In this document: in pieces, positions 47,446 through 59,662 of the stretch
Layout: the number at the start of each line of letters is the position of its first letter
How positions within the stretch are numbered: position 1 is the first letter of the stretch
From: Cladosporium halotolerans
Lineage: Eukaryota
Direction of reading: 5' to 3'
DNA length: 64,000 nt
NCBI RefSeq assembly: GCF_011745625.1
Contig: NW_027191458.1
Location: 434,001-498,000 of the forward strand
Translations under genes and position numbers: made by a program
The notes under the pieces: generated by a model
Database searches by the model: none
What the model was told of the DNA's origin: nothing
What the model saw: the letters and a program-made list of their open reading frames with translations, nothing else

Positions 47446-50400
47446 AGGATGAAGAGACTACAGAGATTTAGGAGGGGAGGATATGGGACGGCGTAATGAT
47501 CGCATGGGAGATGCGAGAGGATAAGAGAGGAGGGACTGGATGGAGGGTGAATTTGATACCCACTGATCTTTTTGTTTTGGCGGCTGCCGGTAGCTGAAGT
47601 CTGACAAGACTGATTATTTCCTAACTTACACTTCCAGCGACGACGGCGTCCCCGTATTCTTCTTTTTCCCACCGAATCGCCAGTGTTTGCTGTTTCTTCG
47701 TGTGCCAACCCTTGTCTGCGGAGTTCGCCTCGCTACCTTGCTTCGCTTCGCCCTTTTGCCGTCAGGCTGCACGTGTCCAACTCCCAAGCGAACCTGAGCT
47801 CGGCAGACCTCTGCGACCTGCCCTGAACAAATGAAACAGAACTCCCTGACCCGAACGGCAGAGAGACATGCATCCTTCATCCCCACCCGCTTCTTGCCCT
47901 ACGTGTCCTGCCCCCAGCATCATGTAGATGTTCATTTAATAAGCCTCACCCCGGGTTCCGGAGAACATGGTTGAGGCACGGCAGACAACGTTCGGAATCC
48001 CTCGCCGGTGAGACATCAAGGGTGCTCGCACGTGCACATAGTCAATGTCCGGGAACCTGTCGCGCCAACATGGTACTCACGTGGAAGGTCATTTTTTGAG
48101 TATGCTCAGCAAATCACAAAGTAGGTTTGGTTTGGTCGTCGCACACATCGCGGCTGAATGCTCTGCTCTGATCGCGCCTTCCTCCAACTCAAGGTAAGCT
48201 TAAATCGACCTCACCTACACATTCATCGAGGTTTCTTTAGCGGCCGAAGCTCCGTACCGTACAATATTCCGGCGACTACTCAACACCGTCTTGGGCGTCT
48301 CGGAGTCACACGCCGCCCTGTCACCATCACCCAACACCCACCGTCAGAATCGCATGTCGGAGACGAGTCCGTCATGCAGGTGATACCTCAGGCAAGCACC
48401 GCACGAGCACAACGGCTGGTGCGGTTTCTGCGGCCAGCTGTCGTTGAACCAAAAGCACGAACTTGCGCAATTCCTCCGCCGAGGGGCTAAAAAGCCTGCG
48501 CGCGAAACTTGGAGTCTCCTCCCCTAGCTCACCGCAACTTGGCAACACGTCGACCGATACTGCTAGCATCTGGAGACGCGTGTAGGCGAGTGGGAACCTC
48601 ATCCACTGCAGAGCTCAGGAGACCGCGCGCGGCTTTGCTCGGTGCGCGCTCAACCTTCTGCGAAGAGAAAAATCAGCGGTACGGTGTAGCTTTTTGAAGC
48701 AGCGGTTTCAAACTTCTTGCCCCACGCCCGCGCCAGCGCGGTAGCTTGAGCCGAAGAATCATGAGCTTCTGGGGAGTGGCGGCGACTGAATAATCTTTGA
48801 GGGCACACGAATAATGAGTGTTAATTTCCGCTTTTACCTGCCGAAGAATTTCAGGAAGGCTGCAGCGGCTGATAGCCTCTCCTCGCGTGCTGGATCAGAC
48901 GCGCTAGATCGCGTGCTTGGGTCCTTTGCCCGTGGTACCGCCTGTTTGCTCGGACGTCGGTTTGCAGCCAGCACAAGCGTGAGTCAGCCGACACCTGGGC
49001 AGAGCAGATGGAGCAAGTACCGGCAGCTCGAAATTCGGGAAGATGCCGAGCGCCCTCGGCGAGGAGAAGCCTCCTGAAATTGACCGAGAATTTGGCAACT
49101 CAACCGTCGCGTGGTGCGCTGTCGTCGGGCTTTAGCTGCATGAGTGTGCTCGTGGTTGTCCCAGGCTCTGGGGAGACCTCGATTGTAGCCACTGCATCGT
49201 CACCGCCGTCTTCTGAAATCTTATCAAATCGCGCATGCCCTCTGCGCTCGGGATCGGGTGCAGGTCATGCGGACTTGGCGAGGACTGCAAGCGTGCCCAA
49301 AGATTGCGAGCGCAAACTCGAATACCAGGGAAGCCTGCGTCGATCGCTCATATGCCCCCACGGATTAGGCGATACAACACATGGCTAGCCCGACACCTCC
49401 GAGTAGGGCGGCGAAACGAAACAGGGCCAATCCTTCCCGTTGAAAGTGCGAGCGATGTCCGTGCCAGGCAAACATTAGTGAGATGATTACGAGACTATTG
49501 CTTGAGCTGGGGGGACCGTAGTGTGAGCGGTCGTGAGCATGGGTAGACCATGCCCAATCAGCGAGCTGTCAACGTCTGCCTCCCGAGTCCGTTCGAATTT
49601 CCGTATCCGCCGCCTCGCCCGACACTCTGGACCCGCTCTGCCCTACGGGCGCTCAGCGTGTATCTTTCTCTGCAATGTTAGCGTGGTTCCCAAGAGTCTC
49701 TTTTTCAGGCGGCAGCTGTTGACAAACGGCAATTGCAACACGCCTGCCGGCAAAAGTCTGTATTTTCGGACATTTTGTGACACTACTGCCCCCCCACGTC
49801 GCCCGCGGCGTGCCGAATCACAGCAGGGCTGATTAGACGCGCCAGTCTTTTTCGGCTGCGCTTAGGCTGCTAGGCGGAGACTATCGCGATGTCATTAGGC
49901 GATGGCCCCAGCGTCAACGTCTTTGATGCTGGAGCATTCGCCTACCCACTCGGCGCCCGCCCACGGACAAGGATGTCTGCCCACATCCACCGGTGACCCA
50001 GAATAATGTTACAGGCTCTGCTCTGATAGCGCCGTTTTTCTCGACCTGTTCTGCGCGTGCCAGATCGCCCGGCCGGCCATCCAAGCGGCGATCGACACCA
50101 AGCGTGCCTTGCGTGGAAGCCACGAGACCCGAACCTACGCAATGGGCAGCAGTTGGGTTCGAACACTTCCTTCCATCGCTGTTCTTCGGGGTGCCGGAGG
50201 GTTCCCTTGCGCATCGCTATACCTCTAGCCTATGGGGTCTGCTCAAGCCTTGAGATGGGGCCTCCTCTTTCTCAGTTGAGTCCACCACGAGGCCGCACTA
50301 CCCCCTCGACAGCCTCGTGGGCTGGCAATCACTCGTAAAGGAAAAAAAAGTACTCGTACTCCTCTGACCGCAAATTCTGCTTTCGGCCGGGCACGCGAGT

Positions 50401-50460
50401 GCCTATCTTTTCGAGCACGCCTTTCGCTCTCGTTTAACTTTTCCTTCCTGCACAATCGAC

Positions 50461-51672
50461 ATGTCCTCGGGCCCACCGTCGATATCCTCCGGGTATGCGC
50501 CCAACGACCCTCGTCGGGGCAGCGCGCTTTATGGTCGATACGACGAGGCTTTCGCTAGACAGTACGCTTTTTTAATCCTTGCGCATAGTTGGGCTCGCGA
50601 CTCACCAATGGCTTCTCTAGACAACGCCTTCCTATGCAAGCCGACCGCTCTGATATCTGGTCTTCCACAAGGCCTTCACCGGCCGTCAGGTAAGCTCACC
50701 CACCTATGATTCCCGTATCTATCGCCGCCAATTGAAACTTACCTCTATCACAGCTACCCGCCCGGTCTGATGGCTGCCGAACAGCGATCCTTCCAGAACC
50801 AACAAAACGCCCAGCAGCAGCGTTGGGGAACAGACCCGGACTGGTCGAACAGACGCACTCCCGGTTATGCAGACAGCTCGCCTTGGCCCGCCTCACCAGG
50901 CTTAGGCCAGTTCCCTACCTCGACCAGATCCCCCGCCGAAAGTGCGCCCTACAGCCCGTGGGAAAGCAACTGGCCTCCGCAAGCCCTCCAGCGCAGCTCC
51001 TCCGAAAGCACTCGAATCAACTCCATACCGAACTACTACGGCGAGACCGCCTCGAGCAACACCAGCTTGCATAGCGGCGGTAAGACGTACCCCCAGCGCC
51101 GACCCTCCAACCGCGACGAGTTCGACGGCCCATCGCAGCTCCTTGACAAGCCGGCCGACGGCGACTACGAGCCGAAAGAGGAGGATCTGCCGCAGCTGCC
51201 CATCACGCTCTACGCGCAAGAACAAGACGAGATCCTGACGAAGGTCAACGACCGGCTGTCGCAGTGCGGGTACGACTTCGTCGCGCGCTACCAGTTCCCC
51301 GTGCCCATCGAGCCCGACAAGCGGCCCGTCCGCACCGCCGCCGACCGCGAGTGGTCGGAATGGGTGTACCTGCTCAAGCGCCTCGCGACCAAGCGCCGCA
51401 TCCCCGCCCGCGTGCTCTACAATGGCCAGATCAAGCAGCTCATCACCATCCTCGAGAACAGCCTGGAGATGCGCCATGCCGCCAAGCACCAGAGCCGCCC
51501 GCTCAAGGACGACCGCAACATCTTGCAGCTGATTAGCTCTGGCTTGCAGGTCGCGAAGATTCTGAAGGACCCTCGTGCGATGCAGTACCTTGACAGCTTG
51601 TATGTCCAGACGGAGCGTTTGATACAAGGCCGCAGGGCTACCATTCAACCAGCTTCTTTCGGCGGAATCTGA
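50461..51672 (+). CDS. Hypothetical protein, probably conserved in fungi (3 exons)
   Basis: ATG 50461; introns ~50562-50620 and ~50690-50753 keep the frame into the 50770 ORF. Strongly GC3-biased globular C-terminus (WSEWVYLLKRLATKRRIPARVLYNGQIKQL). Confidence 0.8.
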
Positions 51673-52418
51673 GATTACCGACTACGTTGTCGCATCGAGG
51701 GCAGGGCAGACTCTCGGTGAGATCACGGAAGTGAACGCGTGGAGCGGATCGATCAGCGAAGGCGCCGCGTACGCAAAAGCATGCCACACGTAAAGTGATG
51801 GCCAGAAAAGCGCTTCGCTGAAAATCGCAAGTGGAGACCGAGCGGTGTGGACTGATGAAAATGCGGGTTTGCATTTACGTTCCCAGCAATCTAGGACGAG
51901 GGAGGTCTATAGGACCGCACGCATACACAATGACTGATAGCAAGGGGAGTCAGAATCAAACAACCACGATTGTGAAAAAGGGAAGAATCTAGATGAGTTG
52001 CATGTCGACAGCATTGGACAAGAAAATAATCCAAGACAGCAGCGGGAAACAGCTCGCTTGAGAGTTATTTTGGCCGAACAGAGCCAGCAGGTCGGGATGG
52101 AAGAACATGAAGAGTGCAAAAGAAACAAAAGGCAACGAGGTGCCCAGTCGTGTAATATTAATACAAGCATAAACCACCTTACATCACACTCTAGAACAAA
52201 TTTTGAACCCTTTGGCAAGGTCGGTATTCCACGGCCACTGTTCACAGGAAGGCCTTGATTCAACATCGGCACGTGGGCACTTACCAGCCTTACAGCCTTA
52301 TACAGGGCTAAACACGCACGTACCATTGCACCAAGGAACGGAGAACCAGCCTTATACCCAGCCTCACGGGCCATCGTTGATCTCGATTGTCTTATCTACC
52401 ATCGATCCCATCAACAGC

Positions 52419-54791
52419 TCACCACCCGCCCTTGCCGCCAAAACCTCCACTATCCTCGATCTTGGCCCTCCCCTTAGACGACTTCTGCTGCGCCGCCTCG
52501 TGCTTCCTCAGCTCCTCCGGCACCTTCGATAGCGAGCTCTTGCTAATCATCTGCTTCAGATCATACATGACATCCGCATCCTCATTGCCCAGGAACGTAA
52601 TCGCCACACCCTGCTTGCCTGCACGACCCGTGCGACCAATCCTATGCGTATAGCTCTCGATATTGGTCGCCATGTTGAAATTGACCACGAGCGAGACGTC
52701 CGGCACATCGATACCTCGGCCCGCAAGATCCGTGGCGACGAGCACCTCCGTGTTGCCGTTGCGCAGCGACGCGAGCGCCGCCTCGCGCTGGTCCTGCGTC
52801 TTGCTGCCGTGCAGCGTGACGGCGCTGTAGCCCATGCGGCCGATGTCGCGGGCGACGGCGTCGCAGTTGCGCTTGATGTTGACGAAGACGATGATGGGCG
52901 GGCGGAAGGCGCGCGAGTGCAGGATCTCGGCCAGCCGCTTCTTGCGCTTCTCCTCGCCCTGCGCGAACTCGACGCGCTGCTCGACGGTCTCGACGGCCTC
53001 GCCAACGTTGCCGATAGTCACGATGGCGGGCCGACGGAGGTACTTGCGGGCGATGCGCTCGACGGCCGGCGGCATGGTGGCGGTGTACATCATGGTCTGG
53101 CGGTAGCGGTCTTTGCCGCCGAGGTGGCGGGCCATGGCGGCGGCGTTCTCGGCGTCGTCGGTGTCGGGTTTCTCGTTGCTGGCGGGGAGGGCGTCGAGGA
53201 TTTTGTTGACGGGCTCTTCGAAACCGAGGTCGATCATGCGGTCGGCTTCGTCCATGATGATGTAGCAGCACTGGCTGAGGACGAGGACGCGGCGCTCGAT
53301 GCAGTCGACGAGACGGCCGGGCGTGGCGATGATGATCTCTGCGCCGTCGCGCATATTATAGGATTGCTCTTCGATACTGTGGCCACCGACGAGGGAAACA
53401 CACTTGAAGCCGAGAGGGGTGGCGAACTTCTTCGCTTCGATCTCAATTTGCTGTGCCAGTTCGCGGGTGGGAGCCAGAATGATCGCATAAGGGCCGTCAT
53501 TCTTTGTAAACTCGTTCAGCTCAGGTAGCTCCGAAATGTAGACCAGCAGTGGGAGCAAGAAGGCTGCTGTTTTACCAGAACCAGTCACAGCAACACCAAT
53601 CAGATCGCGAGACTGTAGAGCCACGGGAATGGCAGCTCTTTGTACCGCTGAAGGCTCGGTGTAGCCCACTTGGTCCACAATGTCGAGTAACCGGGTTGGC
53701 AGTCCAGATTCCTTCCAGCTGCGCATAGGATTGGGAATGTTTCCACCTTTCGTAGCAATGTTGAAGTCCTCCTTGAAGATACGCCAGTCCCTCTCCCGCA
53801 TCCTCTCCAAAGGCTTCTGACTCCAATGCACATCAATCCCATTCCTACCACCCTCCTCCCGCCTCCTCCGCTCCATCTCCAAAATCTGCGCCGCCCGCTG
53901 CTGCCCAGCCTCCGGATCCCTCGCCGCCAACGAAGCAGCATACTTCTGCACCTGCTGCTCGTTCATCTCATCCGTGAACCCGCCCAACTTTCCCCTCCCA
54001 AAGAAATTCGTCTCCGCCCTTGAATTGTACAGCGGGTTGTAATCCGGGCTCGTGTCCTCCTCAGCATTCCACTCGAAATTGAACTTCTTCTCCGTCGTCC
54101 GCTTGCGCTTCTTCTTCGCCGAGAACGACGACACCTGCGTGTCCGCGCCCATGTACCGCTGCCGGATCATGTTCGTCTCCACGTCGCCCTCCTTCGCTTT
54201 CTTCCCCTGCGGTGCGTCCACGATCGCAACGCCCTTTGGCGCCGCCGGCGGCTTCATATCATACCCCTTGTTTGCCAGCTCCGCAGATGGCTGCGCGCGC
54301 ATCGCTCGCGGACCAGTAGGCATCGAGCGCGGGCCGGTGGGCACGCTCTTGGCCGGCTCCCTCGCATGCCCATTTGCGCCATTCGTCGTACCATTTGAAC
54401 CACTGCTCGCAGTCTCCCTCTCCCTTTTCAGTGCCGCCGCCTCCTGTTCACTTTTCTCCAGCGCGAGCCGCTCGCGCTCTTTTTTGGACAAGAATTTGGG
54501 CTTCGCGGCCGCTTCGTCGGCGGCCTTCTTCTTCGCCAGCAGATCCTCGATGCTGAGTGCTTGTGTTCTGGACTTCGCGCCCCAGCCTAGTTTGCGCTTC
54601 CTGAGATTCGGTTGCAGGTCTTCTTCGGGCTCTGCAGCGCCGTTTCCGTTCGTAGGTGGCGGCGGGGGAGGTGGGAGATCTGTGCTGGGCGGAGGAGGCG
54701 GGACGTCGTTCGTGGGTGGGGGAGGAGGGGGAGGAGGTAGAGTGTCCGACGGAGGCGGTGGAGGAGGGGGCGGGACGTCCGAGCCGTCCAT
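52419..54791 (-). CDS. PRP28: Pre-mRNA splicing DEAD-box helicase Prp28
   Basis: KFNFEWNAEEDTS, RERDWRIFKEDF, AVTGSGKT, PTRELA, DEAD, YTAT, GRGID and HRIGRTGRAG. Poly-Pro N-terminus starting at ATG 54791. Confidence 0.96.
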   Translation of the reverse strand: MDGSDVPPPPPPPPSDTLPPPPPPPPTNDVPPPPPSTDLPPPPPPPTNGNGAAEPEEDLQPNLRKRKLGWGAKSRTQALSIEDLLAKKKAADEAAAKPKFLSKKERERLALEKSEQEAAALKRERETASSGSNGTTNGANGHAREPAKSVPTGPRSMPTGPRAMRAQPSAELANKGYDMKPPAAPKGVAIVDAPQGKKAKEGDVETNMIRQRYMGADTQVSSFSAKKKRKRTTEKKFNFEWNAEEDTSPDYNPLYNSRAETNFFGRGKLGGFTDEMNEQQVQKYAASLAARDPEAGQQRAAQILEMERRRREEGGRNGIDVHWSQKPLERMRERDWRIFKEDFNIATKGGNIPNPMRSWKESGLPTRLLDIVDQVGYTEPSAVQRAAIPVALQSRDLIGVAVTGSGKTAAFLLPLLVYISELPELNEFTKNDGPYAIILAPTRELAQQIEIEAKKFATPLGFKCVSLVGGHSIEEQSYNMRDGAEIIIATPGRLVDCIERRVLVLSQCCYIIMDEADRMIDLGFEEPVNKILDALPASNEKPDTDDAENAAAMARHLGGKDRYRQTMMYTATMPPAVERIARKYLRRPAIVTIGNVGEAVETVEQRVEFAQGEEKRKKRLAEILHSRAFRPPIIVFVNIKRNCDAVARDIGRMGYSAVTLHGSKTQDQREAALASLRNGNTEVLVATDLAGRGIDVPDVSLVVNFNMATNIESYTHRIGRTGRAGKQGVAITFLGNEDADVMYDLKQMISKSSLSKVPEELRKHEAAQQKSSKGRAKIEDSGGFGGKGGW

Positions 54792-55397
54792 CGCGAGGGT
54801 ATGTCGTGGGGGGTTGTTGTGTGGATGTTGTAGTCGCGGGCGCAAAGCGGCGTGGAAGTGGAAGTTCGAAGCATGTGATGAAGCCGCGCTTGCTTGGCTG
54901 CGCTTGCGGCTCTGACCTCACTTCCAGAAGGCTTCCACTCCCGCTTGCCGGGCCGCGACAAGGCACCGGCGCGCGTAAGCTTCCGGACTATCGATCTGAC
55001 AGTTCCTGGGCAAGACTGCTATATATGGTCTCGTGATGGGCGCCGCGGTGTGGCTGAGAGGGTGATGCCTATTCGAGGCCTCCGTCGTCCATAAGTGTGA
55101 TGGTATAGGCGTGGCGGCGAGCGGGGCCTGTCCGAGACCTGGTGGAATGCCTTGGGTTGGCGGTGCATGATATTGCATGAAGTCCGTCTTGTCGTCCGTT
55201 CATTACATTTGTCTACACGTATCTCTCTCATCTTCTCTGCGAACGGATGGTATCAAGGACAACAGCACTTGCCTCACATTCGCCACACCATCCCACGACT
55301 GAGGGTATCTAGTCAACCGCCAACTCCTTCCCAGCCACCCCAATATCGATCCCTCATAAATCGCTACATTATTCTTCCAATCAAGTCAACCAATACA

Positions 55398-55745
55398 ATG
55401 AATTACTTCCCAATCTACAACTTCCTCCTACCCCTCCTCCTCGCCCTCGCCCTCGCCGAAGCGCGCAAACCCTTCACGCACTGGAAACGCGATGCCGCTC
55501 CAACACCGACACCCGCTCCGATCGCCACGCACGCTTCTTCGCTATCATCGGATGCAGCGCAAATCACAACACCGAGGTAAGCCAGCCCACCAACCCACTC
55601 GTCCGTCAGCGCTTGCTAACATCGGACGGATAGTCGCGCGGCCGCCGGACCGCAATCTAGTAGATGCGCAACGGACAGGGCGGACGGACGGCTTGTCGTG
55701 CAGGACGGGGGAAGTGGGTGTGTGGTTTCTGTGTTCAGTGCATGA
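55398..55745 (+). CDS. Small secreted protein with Kex2-like KR site
   Basis: CAATACAATG start, signal peptide FLLPLLLALALA and WKR|DAAPTPTPAP. Intron 55577-55633 (GTAAGC...GCTAAC...TAG). The frame of the last exon is uncertain; an alternative frame runs to 55866. Confidence 0.55.
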
Positions 55746-56313
55746 TTGGGGGAGTTTAGAGGGGGTAATGGACATAACAGTATGCGAGGCGAACGATCCA
55801 TGGTGGCGCAACGACTTATGGATAGAGCGTGAGATGCGAAGGCCACCCGTGGAATATCAATCGTAGTCGATAAAGTGATCTGCTCGATACCCGGCCATAG
55901 TTTTCTGTCTTAAAAAACATCGCTCCGCGACACCCACTCCGTGCTGAGACCTCACCATGATATGCCGTACGAAAATGTTCAGACGCGCCTGCCTGACAGC
56001 AACATTTCAAAGCCAGTCAAAACAGAGAAACCGCCCTCAAAAAAACACACACTTCTTAAACTCCTATTCAAAACAAACACCAAACACAGCGCTGCAAGTA
56101 CACCACTCCAATGCGCTCCGCGGCGCCAGGCTGTCGAAGTCTTTCAAGTAGTAAATCCAGGTAGCAACAAAGCATGCGGGGCTGTTTCGTTCGTTCATTC
56201 GTGATAGCTGAGTGGCGAGAGCTGAGGAGACACGCCGACTCAGAAGCAGAAGCTTCAGGGGCATCCAGATGTTTCGGGTGACGAGACCGGCCGCTGGCAA
56301 GAGTCCCGCAGTA

Positions 56314-57264
56314 CTACGCGTCCGCCTGCGGAGGTGACGTCGTGCTATCACTAGCAGGTTCCTCGTCCGCCTCCCTTTTCACATCCACCTCGTCTTGCTT
56401 CGGCACAGCCTCCTGCGAAGACTTCCGTGACAGCGCCTCCTCCGGCTCCGCAGACTTCCTCGCGGCCGCCACCTGCTCGGCGGCCGGAGCGTCCAGCTTT
56501 CTCCTCTTCCCCCTCGGCGCCGGCTCCAGCGGCGTACGGCAGTACGTGACTGTGCGCGTGACGACCTGGCGCACGCTGACCTTGCCCGGTTTCCCATTGG
56601 CGTCCGGGTCCGCGTCGCGCGGGCTGTACGTCGCGCTCCAGGGGGCGGCGCTGAGGGGCGTGCCGGAGTACGGCGACTGCACGGAAGCGGCGGAGTTGAG
56701 GGCGGGCGTGAAAGGCGATTGCGGGATTTGGAGGCGGCGGGGCGTACGGGAGGAACGCGGGGCGGGCATGGCGAAGGGGGAGGGCGGGATGGTGATGCGG
56801 GGGGATTGGGATTTGGGGCGCGTGTTAGTACTGGCGCTGCTGCGGGAGGTGGTAGTGTCCGTTGAGGTGGTGGAGGCAGAGTTGTTGGAGTCGTAGGAAG
56901 TGTTGCGTGAGAGGGTTGGTTGGGAGGTTGCGGGGCTGTGGATGGGTCTATCGGCGCCTAGTTCGGTGATTTTACCAGAGGCTTTGTCTGGGAACTTGAA
57001 GTGGGTGCTGGTGCCGGTTGGTAGAGGGCTCATCAAGGCTGGAGACATGTTCTTGAGGAAGTCCAGGTAGGCCGACGGCGGGGTGATGGGAGTCTTGAGG
57101 GCCTCGTCTTTTTTGAGAAGGCCGGGCGAAGCAACCAGTGGGCTCCTCATTTCGGAGGGAAAAGTTCCAGAGCCCGGCGTTTGGAGAGAGGAAGCCGTGC
57201 TAGAGCTCGATCGTTTGTCGAATCCGGCAGCAGCCATGGTAGCCGTAGCAGTGGCCGAGGCCAT
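56314..57264 (-). CDS. Ser/Pro/Thr-rich hypothetical protein with NLS-like PRGKRRK
   Basis: CCACCATGG start context. Motif-like islands LKTPITPPSAYLDFLK and VRQVVTRTVTY..TPLEPAPRGKRRK. Confidence 0.75.
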   Translation of the reverse strand: MASATATATMAAAGFDKRSSSSTASSLQTPGSGTFPSEMRSPLVASPGLLKKDEALKTPITPPSAYLDFLKNMSPALMSPLPTGTSTHFKFPDKASGKITELGADRPIHSPATSQPTLSRNTSYDSNNSASTTSTDTTTSRSSASTNTRPKSQSPRITIPPSPFAMPAPRSSRTPRRLQIPQSPFTPALNSAASVQSPYSGTPLSAAPWSATYSPRDADPDANGKPGKVSVRQVVTRTVTYCRTPLEPAPRGKRRKLDAPAAEQVAAARKSAEPEEALSRKSSQEAVPKQDEVDVKREADEEPASDSTTSPPQADA

Positions 57265-59662
57265 GGTGGACGGAAGTTGGAAGGAGAAAAGGAAAATGAG
57301 TGGAGAGCGGTTCTAGTGAGGGACTGGACAACGAGGGCACCCAATACCTGGGGACTGGCAAGCACGGATTGCCGGTGAAGAGGAGATTGAAAACCGGGGC
57401 GTGACGAGGAGGGAGAAGTAGGCTTAAAGGAAGGCAGACCAAAGGAACGGATTGAAGCAAACAGCAGGTAGTGAGACGGGGCCGGCGCGCTGCACTGAAC
57501 CTGCAACGCAGCTCTCAGGACAGATGCGGCGGCGTCGACTATTCTGGGAGGGGTGGGTGATGCGGCGGGCGCGTAGCGGCGGTGCGCTGAGGGCGAAGAT
57601 GATGTCGTCCGGGCCGCTGTTTGTGATGCGAGCAGGGCGCCAGCGAGGCCCAATGGGAGGCAGCGGCCATCACGCGGGCCTCAGGCCTTGCTGGATGCGG
57701 CGTGTTTGGCTGCCCTGTGATTCGACGTGCGCGCCCTGCTAAGCGCCCGCCCTCGGCGCTTGTGGGAGGGCGGATCTTCGTGCAGCGCGACAGCAGCAGG
57801 CCGTCCGACGTCTGCCTCACCGGTGCTGGCGACTGTGGCCTGATTGCGTGTGCCGTGCAAACCTTCAGCACGATGCCATGTGTGCTGTCGAAGCCTGACG
57901 AGTCTGCCGGATGCGGATGTGAGGTCCCACTTCCCAGTCGTCTGGTTCGGCTTCGTGGGTGTGGGTGTGGGTGTGGAGCGTGGAGTCGGATATGGGGTTG
58001 CCACCAACACACACGGCTGACGGCGACAGCACGCGAGCGAACGTCCCGAATCGAGCGATCGCCTCTGGAGCGATACCGTGGTCCTCCCAAAAGCATACTA
58101 CCGACAGTCCATCTACGACACCCTCCCTAAGACTTGTCAGATAATCTGGCGGTAGAAGCCCATCCTGCGGCTGCAAGCCCAACCAATGCAGACCGCAAGA
58201 CAACTCAACCACCTACGCGCGCGTCACCACAACACCTGCAATACAAACCCCATCAGCGCCTCGCCGCCCAAGAATGCCTTCTTCGACGGCGCCTTACGAG
58301 AAGCCCCCGCACCCAGTAGCTGCCACGCTCACGGCCGCCAACAAACTGGATCCGTTCTGACTGCTCGCAATCCCACCCGAACATTGGCCCGCAAATAGCA
58401 ACCCTTCCGCCACCGACGTACCACAGCCGTTGAGAGCTGCTTAGCGCGCGCCATCGCATTGGAAAGTAGGTCAAGACTCCCTTGACAGAAGTACGAAAAA
58501 TCGTTTCCCATTTGCTGGAATACGGATCTCGTCTCGTGTCGCCTACCCATGCTCGCAAGGATCAAGGATACACGCGCACGCAAGCCTCCGGCAGACGAAT
58601 GAGCCTCAGCCGCCACTCCCGTATATCGTGAACCGCGCGGCCAGTCTCAAGAGCCGACGCGGATCGGAAGAGGTCTTCAGCGGTTGAACTGGGGCCTAGT
58701 CGTCGATCATCGGCTGTAACTCGTGAGGTTGACGCCCACGTGCTTGAATACCCGCCGAACAGATCTATGCAGCCGCTGATCGTATTTCTGCTTGAAGCGC
58801 TCACCCAACCTTTCAAACGTTCAAATTCTCTCTAGCATCCAGCGCGCTTCACGCAGCCAATGATGCCACTATTTCGGAAGGTTCATTCGCGCCGCGTCGA
58901 TCGTAGAACTGACGCCCTCATCTTGCCTCTACCCGCCAAACAAACCTCCCTACAGGACCGCCTCACTTCCGATGTTTGCAACCTCTCATCCAGTCGCGGG
59001 CATATCGATAAAGCGCCCATCGTCACGATCACACATAGAGCCGCCCAATCCCCATCCCTCAACATCACCTTTCATCTGACGCCTACATCCTTCTGCTCAG
59101 CCCTATCCAGCAATTATTTCCCTTTGTCGGCCAATCTCGACAGCAGCTTCCAGGCCCGCCACATACCTTTCCCGTAAGCTCAGCCTTACGCGGACGTTCA
59201 CGCTGACGGCTGCGTTAGGACCCGCTGTTACGCCGACCAGCCTGAAGGTGAGAGATCTCGGGCAGCCAATGGCTGTTAGAGTTGAGGATTGTAGGGCTGC
59301 TGCGTGGAAGGGCCGCTTGGAGGTGCAGCGGAGAGCAATGGGTCCGATGCGCGATTGAGTCATGGGATGCTGCGTGTGGTGTTGGTAGGATTGCCATCGG
59401 GGGCGCGTCATTCCCGCCGTCGTTCGTGAGGTTGGGTCTTCTTGCACGTGATTCGCGGTTGTTGCCTCAGCATATTCGACGACCAGGTGGTACGAACGAA
59501 AGCTGAAGGCAAGGCGATTGAACAGCAAAGAGATTTCTGTTTGAAGATTCTACAGGTATGTACAAACAAAAAGATAAACACCGCCAACAGCGATCAGTCA
59601 AATGCGAGGTCCTTCCTTGAAAACGTTTTCCCCATCACGCCAAAATCCAAACCGTCCACTAC

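Noticed and set aside
58860..59530. Possible spliced gene between the 57264 gene and SDH2 (GTATGT...TAG at 59104-59166 on the minus strand)
   Set aside because: All frames close shortly after the putative acceptor; no convincing protein.
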